Positions 18,277 through 27,720 of a DNA stretch of 64,000 nucleotides are shown piece after piece. This DNA is from Polyangiaceae bacterium (GTDB lineage: Bacteria; Myxococcota_A; Polyangia; Polyangiales; Polyangiaceae), in assembly GCA_965222375.1 (NCBI GenBank), contig CBDCTZ010000011.1, positions 224,001-288,000 on the forward strand, read 5' to 3'. A program made the translations under genes and the position numbers. The first letter of the stretch is position 1. Each line of letters starts with the position of its first letter. The notes beneath the pieces were generated by a model. The model ran no database searches. It worked only from the letters and a program-made list of their open reading frames with translations, and was not told the origin of the DNA.

Positions 18277-20550
18277 ATGCGAACGGTCCGCCTGATTGCT
18301 GCCTTTTTGCTCGCTAGTGGTGTTGCTGCCGCCGCAGCGCCGGCTCCCACGAACATCCATCGTGGTCCCTTTCAGCCCGTTGCAGTGAGCAGCCTGCAGG
18401 ACGCGGCGCTGTCGGTCCTGAAGTCTGCGACGCCGGCCGCGAAGCACGTCGTGCTCAAGCACGCGGACACCAGCCAAGCGGTGGGCAGGCGCCAAGCGGT
18501 GCGCTTTCAGCAAATGCATCAAGGCGTCCCCGTCGTCTTCCGTGGCGGCGGCGTGGTGATGAGCGCCAAGGGCAAAGTGGACTTCGCTGTGTCTCGACTG
18601 GAAACCAACTTGCCCGGCGTGCAAGCGACTCTGACCGCGAGCGCTGCTGCCGCCAAGGTCGCCAAGTGGTCGGGGCTCAGCGCTGGGCCCGCGGACGCGC
18701 GCCTGGCTATCTATCCGCTTTCGTCGGGCCCTCGCCTGTCCTGGATTGTGTACCCGAGCGGGCGCCTGCCCGGGGTGCCCTACGCGCCGGTTTACATCGT
18801 GGATGCCAACAGTGGCGAGCGGCTGGCCACCTGGAATGCAGCTCGGTTCGCCAAGGGGCGGGTGTACGAGGAAAACCCCATTAAGAGCAAGACTGTCACC
18901 GACGTGGACTTGGCTCTCGCGCCCGGGGCACTGACGCTGGAAAACCCTCGAGTCAAGGCGCTCAACTGCGTCGACAACAAGGCGGTCAAGTCGATCAACA
19001 TCGGCCTCACCATCAACGTGCACGTCTGCGATCTGGAACAGCTAGCCGTTCCAGACACCAACGGTGATTTCCTCTACGATCCGCCGGCTGCGGACCTGAC
19101 GCCGGAAGACGAGTTCAGCGAAGTGCAGATCTTCTTCCACACCACGAAGGCCTACGCATACTTCGAAGGTCTCGGCATGACGGACCTGGCCACCAAGCCG
19201 CTGCCAGCCGTTGCGAACCTGATGTTGCCAGACGGGTTCCAGACTCAGGATCTGACGAAGATGGCGAATCCAGACCTGCCCTTCGTGCCGTTCTCGAATG
19301 CGTTCTTCGCGCCGGCCAATCCAATCTTCTCCGCAGTCTTCGGCCTGCCGGGAGCGGCCATGTGGTTCGGGCAAGGGCCGAAAGCTGATTTCTCCTACGA
19401 CGGCGACGTCGTGTATCACGAGTTTGGTCACGCCGTGGTCGACCACACGCTGAAACTAGTGGGCACCTATCACGCGGACGAGCAAGGCTTGGTTTCGTCG
19501 CCCGGCGCCTTGAACGAGGGCTTGGCGGACTATTTCGCTGCGGCCATCACTGGTGATCCAAAAATGGGTGAGTACGCTTCCACGGATCTCGCGCCGGGGC
19601 TCACCTCGATTCGTGACCTCTCGAATACCGAGACCTGTCCCCAGCACCTCTCCGGGGAGGTGCATGCGGATTCCAAGTTTTGGACTGCAGGCCTGTGGAA
19701 GGTCCGCGAAACCTTGGCGGCGGCAGATCAGGACAAGATGGACAAGGCGATCTTCGACGTAATGGCCGCAGCACCAGGCGGCGACCTCGGATTTGAAGAA
19801 CTGACGAATTTGATCATCACTTCCGTGAAGACAGGTGTGAGTAGTCAGGCTGCCGACGCCCTGACCAAGGAGCTGACCGACCGGGGTGCTCTTCCGGCTT
19901 GCGAGCGAGTGCTCGAGTACAGCGGCACGCCGATCAACTCGGGTGCCGGCTCATTGGCTGGGACTTTTTGGGCGCCGGGCAAGCAGGACAGTTCCATCCA
20001 GGGAGCGCCCTACGCGCCGGGCGTGATGCAGTTCAAGGTTCCGGTTCCCGCGGCCACGGAAATGACGGTTTCCTTCACCCAAGTTCAGACGGGGGGCACG
20101 GGTGGCGGCATCTTCGGCGGAGGCAACCCCTTTGCGCCCAGTGTGGTCGTGCGATTCGGAGACGAGCCCATCAAGTTTGCTTATTCGCCAGCTTTCGCAG
20201 CGACGGCAGACGTGACCCTGGAGGCTCCCATCGCTGCCGGCTCGGGCAGTGCTACCGTGCCGGTTCCTGCGGGGGCGACCAATGCCTACGTGATGATCGT
20301 GAACACTGGCGACGTCAGTGGCGGCTACCGCAGCGTGGACTTCGGCTTCAGCGGTACGCCCGATGCCGGCACCGGCGCGGATGCCGGGGCGGACGCGGGC
20401 GCGGATGCTGGACCGACGCCGAAATCCGACGACTCCGGCGATGACGACGGCTGCGGCTGCCGGACCGCGGGTCAAGATAGCGGCGGCCCCTGGTGGCTGG
20501 GCGCATCTCTGCTTTCCGCGCTGTTCTTGCGCCGGCGAAACCGGCGCTGA
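18277..20550 (+). CDS. Zn metallopeptidase (M4/M36-like) with propeptide and MYXO-CTERM tail
   Basis: GGAGG RBS; FTP-like VRFQQMHQGVPV; YHEFGH, ALNEGLADYF and GEVHADS; C-terminal DDGCGCR...WWLGASLLSALFLRRRNRR. Confidence 0.9.
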   Translation: MRTVRLIAAFLLASGVAAAAAPAPTNIHRGPFQPVAVSSLQDAALSVLKSATPAAKHVVLKHADTSQAVGRRQAVRFQQMHQGVPVVFRGGGVVMSAKGKVDFAVSRLETNLPGVQATLTASAAAAKVAKWSGLSAGPADARLAIYPLSSGPRLSWIVYPSGRLPGVPYAPVYIVDANSGERLATWNAARFAKGRVYEENPIKSKTVTDVDLALAPGALTLENPRVKALNCVDNKAVKSINIGLTINVHVCDLEQLAVPDTNGDFLYDPPAADLTPEDEFSEVQIFFHTTKAYAYFEGLGMTDLATKPLPAVANLMLPDGFQTQDLTKMANPDLPFVPFSNAFFAPANPIFSAVFGLPGAAMWFGQGPKADFSYDGDVVYHEFGHAVVDHTLKLVGTYHADEQGLVSSPGALNEGLADYFAAAITGDPKMGEYASTDLAPGLTSIRDLSNTETCPQHLSGEVHADSKFWTAGLWKVRETLAAADQDKMDKAIFDVMAAAPGGDLGFEELTNLIITSVKTGVSSQAADALTKELTDRGALPACERVLEYSGTPINSGAGSLAGTFWAPGKQDSSIQGAPYAPGVMQFKVPVPAATEMTVSFTQVQTGGTGGGIFGGGNPFAPSVVVRFGDEPIKFAYSPAFAATADVTLEAPIAAGSGSATVPVPAGATNAYVMIVNTGDVSGGYRSVDFGFSGTPDAGTGADAGADAGADAGPTPKSDDSGDDDGCGCRTAGQDSGGPWWLGASLLSALFLRRRNRR

Positions 20551-20612
20551 TCCCCCGGGGTCCGCAAGTCGAGGCTACTTCCGTGACGTAGATGAGCTAG
20601 CCTGCTGGGCCA

Positions 20613-21578
20613 ATGCGCGCGTCCCCCGTTGTCGTCGGAGCGGCGGTGCTCATCGCCGCCATGGGGGAAGCGCATGCGAGAGCGCCCGAGGCTCTCGGTG
20701 CCCTGCGCCCCGAGAGCGCGGCGACGGATGACGGCGAGTTTACTGACGCCGAGGCGCCCGCGGGTGCGTTTTTCCCGCAGGCAGATCGCAGCCGTGCCCG
20801 CCTGCGCTGGACTTGGCGGCGTTTTTCCACCGCCGAATATGTGGCCACCGGAGCGATTGCCGCGCTAGCCGTCGCGTCCCACGTGGTGAGCCCGTCGCCG
20901 GGCCGCTGGCGCGGGGGTGTGCTGTGGGACGAGGACGTTCGGAGTTCGCTTCGGTTGGGAACCCTGCACGAGCGCCGACAAGCACGCGACGTGAGCGACG
21001 TGCTGCTCGCGCTGACTGTGAGCTATCCGATCTTGGTGGATGGCGTGCTCGCGGCCAATTGGTATTACGAGAGCCCGGATGTCGCGGAGCAGATCATTCT
21101 GATCAGCACCGAGACTTTGGCCATTACGGCTGCGGTTCATGGCGTGGTGGCGACGAGTGTCAGCCGAGAGCGACCCTACGGTCGCGACTGCGGTGGTGAA
21201 CTCGGCGAGGAGTCCCGGGACTGCACTCGAAGCAGCCGCGACCGCAGCTTCTTCAGCGGGCACTCCAGTTTGGCCTTCGCGGGGGCCAGCCTGGTGTGCA
21301 TCCATCGTGCGTACTTGCCTCTGCACGGTGGAGGCGCGGCCGATGCCGCCACCTGCGCGACCGCCTATGCTGCAGCGGCCACCACAGCCAGCCTGAGGGT
21401 CGTGAGCGACGTGCACTACAGCACGGACGTACTCGCCGGTGCGGCGTGGGGAACGCTCGCGGGCCTCACGCTGCCGTGGTTGCTGCACTATCGCCACGGC
21501 GCCGACAAGAAGAAGTCGGACGTGGGGACCTATTTGGTGCCCTATCCTGGTGGGGTTGCTTTTGGAGGGCATTTCTGA
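20613..21578 (+). CDS. PAP2 (phosphatidic acid phosphatase type 2) family protein
   Basis: SRERP, SFFSGHSS and LRVVSDVHYSTDVLAG motifs. Confidence 0.85.
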   Translation: MRASPVVVGAAVLIAAMGEAHARAPEALGALRPESAATDDGEFTDAEAPAGAFFPQADRSRARLRWTWRRFSTAEYVATGAIAALAVASHVVSPSPGRWRGGVLWDEDVRSSLRLGTLHERRQARDVSDVLLALTVSYPILVDGVLAANWYYESPDVAEQIILISTETLAITAAVHGVVATSVSRERPYGRDCGGELGEESRDCTRSSRDRSFFSGHSSLAFAGASLVCIHRAYLPLHGGGAADAATCATAYAAAATTASLRVVSDVHYSTDVLAGAAWGTLAGLTLPWLLHYRHGADKKKSDVGTYLVPYPGGVAFGGHF

Positions 21579-22489
21579 TGGCGCTGCGCGCGGTCGGCCC
21601 TCTGGTCGCACTTAGCGTCTCGGCCGCAGTCGTGCTGTGGTCGGGGGCCGCGGGAGCTATCGACTCACCGGAAGTGCTGCCGTCGCCGACCCCACCCTCC
21701 GGCGCCAGCGGTATCGACCGCTCGTCACTTCAGCCCTATTGGTCTCGGGGGGAGCCCGGCTTCTTCGCTGCCGGGACCTTAGAACTCGGCTGGGCCTACG
21801 CACGTCCGCGCCTGGCCGTGGGTTGGGGGCGACCGTTCTACCGCCACCTGTCGCTCGAGGCCCAGCCGCTGATTTCACCTAACGGTGCAGGCGGCTACCT
21901 CGGCGCGAAGGGAGCGGTGCCTTTCTTGGAATTGCGATCGGGGTTGCGCTACTTCGCGCCTTTCGACCGATCCCTGCTCACTCCTCGGGTGTCCTACCAA
22001 CGGGTGGACATTGAAGAGAGGGATGGACCTGGTGCGGCACACACTGTTGTTGAAGCGGAGATGGCCGGCGCTGTCCCGCTTCCCGGCGGTGGCCCCTTCT
22101 GGGTGCTGTCCGTCTACCACGTTCCAGGTTTGCAGCAGGGGTTCTACCTCTATGAGGAGTCTCTGAAAATGGTGATCAAGCCCCCGTGGGTTTGGCGCGC
22201 TCGTTTCGGCTATGGCGTACACTTCGGCAAAGATGACGCGATCGGTGTTGGTGTTGCGGAAGAAGTGATCGTCAACCCCGGGCGGCGGGAGCATGTGCTT
22301 CGAGCAGGGGTCGTGGGCAGCGTTCAGATCAGCGATAACGTCGATGTACAGGCCACCTTCTTGCCAGTGATCAGCAGTCCGGATCATATCGGCTTGGCAG
22401 GAGCGGACTTTGGACATCTTGGGATCCGCTGGCGCTTCGCGACCCAGGCATCCAAGCGCAACGAGCGCCAGCGCCGCTTCGCTGAATAG
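21578..22489 (+). CDS. Secreted hypothetical protein, probable outer-membrane beta-barrel
   Basis: ATG overlaps the upstream stop (TGATG); signal peptide; alternating beta-strand patterns, ending near GHLGIRWRF. Confidence 0.6.
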   Translation: MALRAVGPLVALSVSAAVVLWSGAAGAIDSPEVLPSPTPPSGASGIDRSSLQPYWSRGEPGFFAAGTLELGWAYARPRLAVGWGRPFYRHLSLEAQPLISPNGAGGYLGAKGAVPFLELRSGLRYFAPFDRSLLTPRVSYQRVDIEERDGPGAAHTVVEAEMAGAVPLPGGGPFWVLSVYHVPGLQQGFYLYEESLKMVIKPPWVWRARFGYGVHFGKDDAIGVGVAEEVIVNPGRREHVLRAGVVGSVQISDNVDVQATFLPVISSPDHIGLAGADFGHLGIRWRFATQASKRNERQRRFAE

Positions 22490-22548
22490 GGCGCGGCTCG
22501 GGCGCTGGCGGGCTCGCTGAGGCCGGCAGGAAGTGGCGCGTTGACGGG

Positions 22549-23217
22549 CTAGCCGAGGGCCGCGGAAAGCCGCGCTCCGGCGTCCTGCTCCACGATGTCG
22601 CCATGGCCCATGATGATGCGCTGGGCGGGCCAGGCGCAGATGCGCTCCAGGGACTCTGCAAAGGCGGCCTTGTCCTTGACCAGGAAGTTCCACAGCCGGC
22701 TCTTGGCAAAGCCGCCCCGGGTGCCGGCCACCCGGAGCATTAGCCCCGTCGCCAGCGTCGGAACGTCCGTGACGTTGAAAACTAGATCGCCAATGATCAC
22801 GCTGCCCGAGGGTCGGTGCAAAAAGACGGACTCGTTCATCTTGGGCGCGCCGACCACCTGAACTTCCTCGAAGTCAGATAGCTCCGGAGGCAGCCGCCCG
22901 CTCAGCTCTGCCGCCACCGATAGGCCTGGCCGCTTCTTGGCGAGCCCGGGAGCAGCCAGTAGCTGTGCGTCGGGAAACCGCTGCAACGTCGGCTTGAGAT
23001 GCACATGGTGATACAGATTCGGCGCGACCACCCAGCGCACTTTTCCCAACGCGCCAACTGCCTCGGCCCACTCTTGCTTCAGGGACACTGGCGAGTGGAG
23101 TAAGACGTTACCACTGCCGGTCCGCACGACGGTCATGCGGATCGGCAGATAGACGCCCGGCGCCATGCGCATGGGCTCAGTGACGTGCCAGATGTTATCA
23201 ACGACTGGCTCGAGCAT
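22549..23217 (-). CDS. DUF4336 family protein (MBL-like fold)
   Basis: RMTVVR, LHSPV, VVAPNLYHH, ESVFLHRPSGSVIIGDLVFN, RIIMGHG. Confidence 0.8.
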   Translation of the reverse strand: MLEPVVDNIWHVTEPMRMAPGVYLPIRMTVVRTGSGNVLLHSPVSLKQEWAEAVGALGKVRWVVAPNLYHHVHLKPTLQRFPDAQLLAAPGLAKKRPGLSVAAELSGRLPPELSDFEEVQVVGAPKMNESVFLHRPSGSVIIGDLVFNVTDVPTLATGLMLRVAGTRGGFAKSRLWNFLVKDKAAFAESLERICAWPAQRIIMGHGDIVEQDAGARLSAALG

Positions 23218-23229
23218 GGGGGGTGACCC

Positions 23230-24318
23230 CTATTGCAGAGTCTGCCCGGTGTTCACCAGGCCGCGGGTATGCGCCGCGGGGGCCGCCCAGGTGAAAGCGG
23301 AATACATGCCGCCGGTGCCAGTGAGTTGGAGGGACTCCCCCGCGGGTGTGGAATTCGTTTCGGACACACCGATGTCCACGCTGGTCATACCGTTGGCAGC
23401 GCCGTCGGCTGCTGTCAGTGTTCCTTCGTAGCTCAGGAAAAACAACACCGTTGCGTTATTGTCAACGAGCGCAATGCCATCTGGCGATCCGTTCTGGATG
23501 CCAGAGACCGGGAACCAGAGCGTGCCGAAGCCGTTTTGTTGTGCGGGGATCGTGCCCGTCAGATTCTCCGTGTCGTAGACCTTCTTGGCAGTGCCACCGG
23601 TGGAGGTGCCGTTATAGAAGAGCAGGGTCCAGCCCGTCAGATCGGTGCCGGCCGTGCCAGCGATCTCCACTCCCTCGTCAGCGTCGCCTGTGGGACCATT
23701 GTCATAGTGGATCTCATTGATCCAAACGCTGGGCTTTGTGCCAGCGTCTGCGCCGCCAGTGCCCGCCGCGCCACCGGTACCCGCGTCCACGCCGCCGGTA
23801 CCTGCTGCGCCGCCAGTGCCAGCGTCTACGCCGCCAGTGCCCGCTGCGCCACCGGTACCTGCGTCCACGCCGCCGGAGCCCGCTGCGCCACCGGAGCCCG
23901 CTGCGCCACCGGAGCCCGCTGCGCCACCGGAGCCCGCTGCGCCACCGGAGCCCGCTGCGCCACCGGAGCCCGCTGCGCCACCGGAGCCTGCGGCGCCGCC
24001 AGAGCCTGCTGCGCCGCCAGAACCCGCCGCGCCGCCAGAACCCGCCGCGCCACCGGTACCTGCTGCACCGCCTGTTGCACCACCGGAACCTGCGGCACCG
24101 CCTGTTGCGCCTCCGGTGCCGCCGCCGGTGCCACCCGTGGAGATCGCGCCAGTGCCGCCAGTCGAGCCGCCGAAGTTGCCAAACCCACCGGTTGCCGCGC
24201 CACCGTCAAAGGTGGTGCCGCCCGTTGCGCCACCGCCACCACCGTCGTCATCCGACGAACAGGCGGAGGGCGCGAGAACTGCGATTAACCCCATGCTTAG
24301 ATATGCGAGACGCTTCAT
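23230..24318 (-). CDS. Lipoprotein with Gly/Ala repeat stalk and C-terminal lamin-tail-like domain
   Basis: Lipobox PSA-C; GGAAGS repeats; VWINEIHYDN...EGVEIAGTAGTDLTGWTLLFYNG...IQNGSPDGIAL...LSYEG. Confidence 0.85.
   Translation of the reverse strand: MKRLAYLSMGLIAVLAPSACSSDDDGGGGGATGGTTFDGGAATGGFGNFGGSTGGTGAISTGGTGGGTGGATGGAAGSGGATGGAAGTGGAAGSGGAAGSGGAAGSGGAAGSGGAAGSGGAAGSGGAAGSGGAAGSGGAAGSGGAAGSGGVDAGTGGAAGTGGVDAGTGGAAGTGGVDAGTGGAAGTGGADAGTKPSVWINEIHYDNGPTGDADEGVEIAGTAGTDLTGWTLLFYNGTSTGGTAKKVYDTENLTGTIPAQQNGFGTLWFPVSGIQNGSPDGIALVDNNATVLFFLSYEGTLTAADGAANGMTSVDIGVSETNSTPAGESLQLTGTGGMYSAFTWAAPAAHTRGLVNTGQTLQ
23873..23980. repeat. Intragenic 18-bp tandem repeat, 6 exact copies
   Basis: CCGGAGCCCGCTGCGCCA x6, encoding GGAAGS units on the minus strand. 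Confidence 0.9.
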
Positions 24319-24384
24319 GGGGCGCACCCTAGCGCCGTCGGCTGTGGGTGCAAACCCCGTCGGAAAAGCCAGCAAAGACCGGGC

Positions 24385-27300
24385 TCAAGCCCGAGGTTGC
24401 TCTTCCGGGGCGTCGTCGTCTTCCAGGGCTGCGCCGTGGCATTTCTTGAACTTCTTGCCCGAGCCGCAGGGGCATTCGTCGTTGCGGCCGATCTTGGGAG
24501 CCGGGGGCGCCGATGCGCGAACGGGAGGCGGCCCCGCCTGGGCGGCGTTCTCCATGAGCTGCGCCAGCTCCGGAGGCGGAGCAGCAGGCTGACCGTCGGC
24601 TCCAGGGTGCCGAGCAACGGCCTGGTCGAGCAGCTGCTGGTGCTCCTCTGCCGCGACTGCCTCGAGGGCTTCGATGTCTTCGGTGCGCTGGACCTGTACC
24701 TCGAAAAACCGAAGCAGCACGGTGCTGCTGACCTTGGCCATCATGTTCAAGAAGAGGTCGTAGCCTTCCTTCTTGTACTCGTTCTTTGGATCCTTCTGAC
24801 CGTAGCCGCGCAGGCCGATTCCGTCCCGCAGGTGCTCCATGTTGGAAAGGTGGTCCTGCCAGGCTTGATCGATGCCTTCTAGGTAGAGGTGGCGGAACAC
24901 GCGCATGGCGTTCTCCAGGCCAAGCTCTTTCTCTCGCTCCGTGTAGAGCTTCTCGGCACGCTCGTACAAATCCCGAACCAGCATCTCGGCGTCACCGTGA
25001 TCTTCGATTTCCGCCGGGAGGCGCACCTTGAAGTGGTCGTAGTAGCCGTCCCGGATGTTCTGCCAGTCCCAATCCTCCGGCGGCTTATTCTCCGGGCAGC
25101 TCTCTTCGACGATGGCGGCGAGCACGCGATCGATCAGGTCGAGCATCCGCTCGCGCTGCTCGGACAGACCGTGAGAAACGAGTTCGAGCAACTCGTCATG
25201 TAGCTCGGGCGCTTTGCGCTTCTTGCGATTGTCCAGATCCAGCTTCACACCCCACAGCTGGTACACCTCACGCTGCAGAGAGGGCAGCTCGACCAGCTTG
25301 CCTATCTTCGCGATGTCTTTGCGGTTTTTTGCCGCCCGGGGTTCCCCGTTCTTGTCCTTGAGCTCGAGGGGAGGGTCAGCAAAGAAAGACATCAACTGGG
25401 GAATGAGCGGCTTGACCAGCTTTTCGACGTCTTCGGCCAATTCGACCTCACGGGTCTCGCCTGTGGCTTTGCCCAGTTCGTCGATCTCCTCAGGGCTGTA
25501 GCGCCCCAACAGCAACTGCTGCCGCAGCGAGTACACCGTCTTGCGCTGGGCGTTCATGACGTCGTCGTACTCGAGCAAGTTCTTCCGGATATCGAAGTTG
25601 CGTTCCTCGACCTTGCGCTGCGCGTTCTCGACGCTCTTGGTTACCCAGGGGTGCTCGATGGGTTCGTCGTCGGGCAAGCCCATTCGGTCCATCAGGTTCT
25701 TGACGCGCTCGCCGCTGAAGATGCGCATCAGGTCGTCTTCCAGTGACAAGTAGAAGCGACTTGACCCGGGATCGCCTTGGCGCCCTGCACGGCCGCGCAG
25801 CTGGTTGTCGATGCGCCGCGACTCGTGTCGCTCGGTGCCGACGATGTGCAAACCGCCGTTCTCGATGACCTCGTCGTGCTCTTTCTTACACGCCTTCTCG
25901 TGTTGCTTGACCAACGTCGCGTATTCTTCGGGATCCAGGTCTGGGTCTTTCCCTGACTCCTTGAATTCCTTGAGCGCCAACATCTCGGGGTTGCCGCCGA
26001 GAAGGATGTCGGTGCCGCGGCCCGCCATGTTCGTGCTGACGGTAATAGAGGTCTTTCGGCCCGCCTGCGCCACGACAAACGCTTCGTTTTCGTGGTGTTT
26101 GGCGTTGAGCACATTGTGGGGGATCTTCTTCTTCTGGAGGATCCGGGCGATGGCCGCGCTCTTTTCCACGCTAGTCGTTCCCACGAGTACCGGACGCCCG
26201 GCTTCATGCTCCGAAAGGATCTCTTTGATCACCGCCGTGAACTTCTCACGCTCGGTCTTGTAGACGATGTCTTCGTCGTCCTCGCGAACGAGAGGTTTGT
26301 TCGTGGGGACCGACACCACATCCAGCTTGTAGGTGGAGTGGAACTCCTGAGCTTCCGTCTCGGCGGTGCCCGTCATTCCGGCGAGCTTGCCGTACATGCG
26401 GAAGAGGTTCTGAAAGGTGATGGTCGCGATGGTGCGACTCTCTTCATGGATCTCGACGTTCTCTTTCGCTTCCACCGCCTGGTGCAAGCCATCGCTCCAG
26501 CGCCGCCCCGCCAGCACGCGGCCGGTGAATTCATCGACGATCAACACCTGGCCGTCCGGGCTGACCATGTAGTGTTGGTCCCGCCGATAGAGGGCATGGG
26601 CCTTGAGAAGCTGGTTGAGAATATGCAGAGTTTGTACGTTGACGGGGTCGTATAGGTTCTTCACGCCGATCATCTTCTGAACGGAGTCGACACCATCGTC
26701 CGTCAATGTGGCGGTGAAGCCCTTTTCGTCGACGTTGTAGTGTTCGTCTTTGCGCAGACGGCTCACGATTTCGTTGATCGTGCGGTATTTCTCGCTCGCC
26801 GCTTCGGCGGGGCCACTGATGATCAGCGGCGTACGGGCCTCATCGATCAGGATGGAGTCGACCTCGTCGACGATGGCGTAGTTCAAGCGGCGCTGGGAGT
26901 TTTCCAGGGCGGAAAACTTCAAGTTGTCGCGCAGGTAGTCGAAGCCAAATTCGTTGTTCTGCCCGTAGCAAATGTCACACTTGTAGGCCTGCCGCTTCTC
27001 GTGGTCGGCCTGTTGGTTGACGATGGTACCGATGGACATCCCGAGGAAGTTGTAGAGCTTGCCCATCCACTCGGCGTCGCGCTTGGCGAGGTAGTCGTTC
27101 ACCGTGACGAGGTGCACGCCTTTGCCTTCCAAGGCATTGAGGTAGATGGCCAGAGTCGCGACGAGGGTCTTGCCCTCACCGGTTTTCATCTCGGCGATCT
27201 TGCCCTGGTGCAATACGATGCCACCGACGAGCTGCACGTCGTAGTGGCGCATCTTCAAGGCGCGCTTGCCAGCCTCCCGAGCCACGGCAAATGACTCAGT

Positions 27301-27492
27301 CAGGATGTCATCCAGAGACGCACCGTTGTCGAGCTTCTCCTTGAACTCCGCTGTCTTTGCCTTCAACTCGGCGTCCGAAAGCTTCTGAATTTTTGGTTCC
27401 AGCTCGTTGATGGCGTTCACCCGCGGCTGGAGCCGCCGAATGGCTCGCTCGTTGGAGGTGCCAAACAGCTTTTTTGCTACCCAAGTCAGCAT
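24385..27492 (-). CDS. secA: Preprotein translocase subunit SecA
   Basis: [96 protein letters not shown]. Confidence 0.99.
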   Translation of the reverse strand: MLTWVAKKLFGTSNERAIRRLQPRVNAINELEPKIQKLSDAELKAKTAEFKEKLDNGASLDDILTESFAVAREAGKRALKMRHYDVQLVGGIVLHQGKIAEMKTGEGKTLVATLAIYLNALEGKGVHLVTVNDYLAKRDAEWMGKLYNFLGMSIGTIVNQQADHEKRQAYKCDICYGQNNEFGFDYLRDNLKFSALENSQRRLNYAIVDEVDSILIDEARTPLIISGPAEAASEKYRTINEIVSRLRKDEHYNVDEKGFTATLTDDGVDSVQKMIGVKNLYDPVNVQTLHILNQLLKAHALYRRDQHYMVSPDGQVLIVDEFTGRVLAGRRWSDGLHQAVEAKENVEIHEESRTIATITFQNLFRMYGKLAGMTGTAETEAQEFHSTYKLDVVSVPTNKPLVREDDEDIVYKTEREKFTAVIKEILSEHEAGRPVLVGTTSVEKSAAIARILQKKKIPHNVLNAKHHENEAFVVAQAGRKTSITVSTNMAGRGTDILLGGNPEMLALKEFKESGKDPDLDPEEYATLVKQHEKACKKEHDEVIENGGLHIVGTERHESRRIDNQLRGRAGRQGDPGSSRFYLSLEDDLMRIFSGERVKNLMDRMGLPDDEPIEHPWVTKSVENAQRKVEERNFDIRKNLLEYDDVMNAQRKTVYSLRQQLLLGRYSPEEIDELGKATGETREVELAEDVEKLVKPLIPQLMSFFADPPLELKDKNGEPRAAKNRKDIAKIGKLVELPSLQREVYQLWGVKLDLDNRKKRKAPELHDELLELVSHGLSEQRERMLDLIDRVLAAIVEESCPENKPPEDWDWQNIRDGYYDHFKVRLPAEIEDHGDAEMLVRDLYERAEKLYTEREKELGLENAMRVFRHLYLEGIDQAWQDHLSNMEHLRDGIGLRGYGQKDPKNEYKKEGYDLFLNMMAKVSSTVLLRFFEVQVQRTEDIEALEAVAAEEHQQLLDQAVARHPGADGQPAAPPPELAQLMENAAQAGPPPVRASAPPAPKIGRNDECPCGSGKKFKKCHGAALEDDDAPEEQPRA

Positions 27493-27720
27493 CTGTGTCG
27501 TGTCCTCGCGCCGCGGGCAGTGCCTGCCGGGCGCGGCGAAAAAGAGGACGGCACGCTAGTGCCAATGCCCACGGCCTGCCAGCGCTTCGGGTGGCCGCTT
27601 TTCGGCCCTCCCCGCCTGGATGAGGGGCGACCCGAGCTTTCAGCTCGAAATGATTGATGAAATCGACCTACGCTCCGCCATCTGGCCGAGATCATGATAG
27701 GTCCCTAGCCGCGAGAAGCG

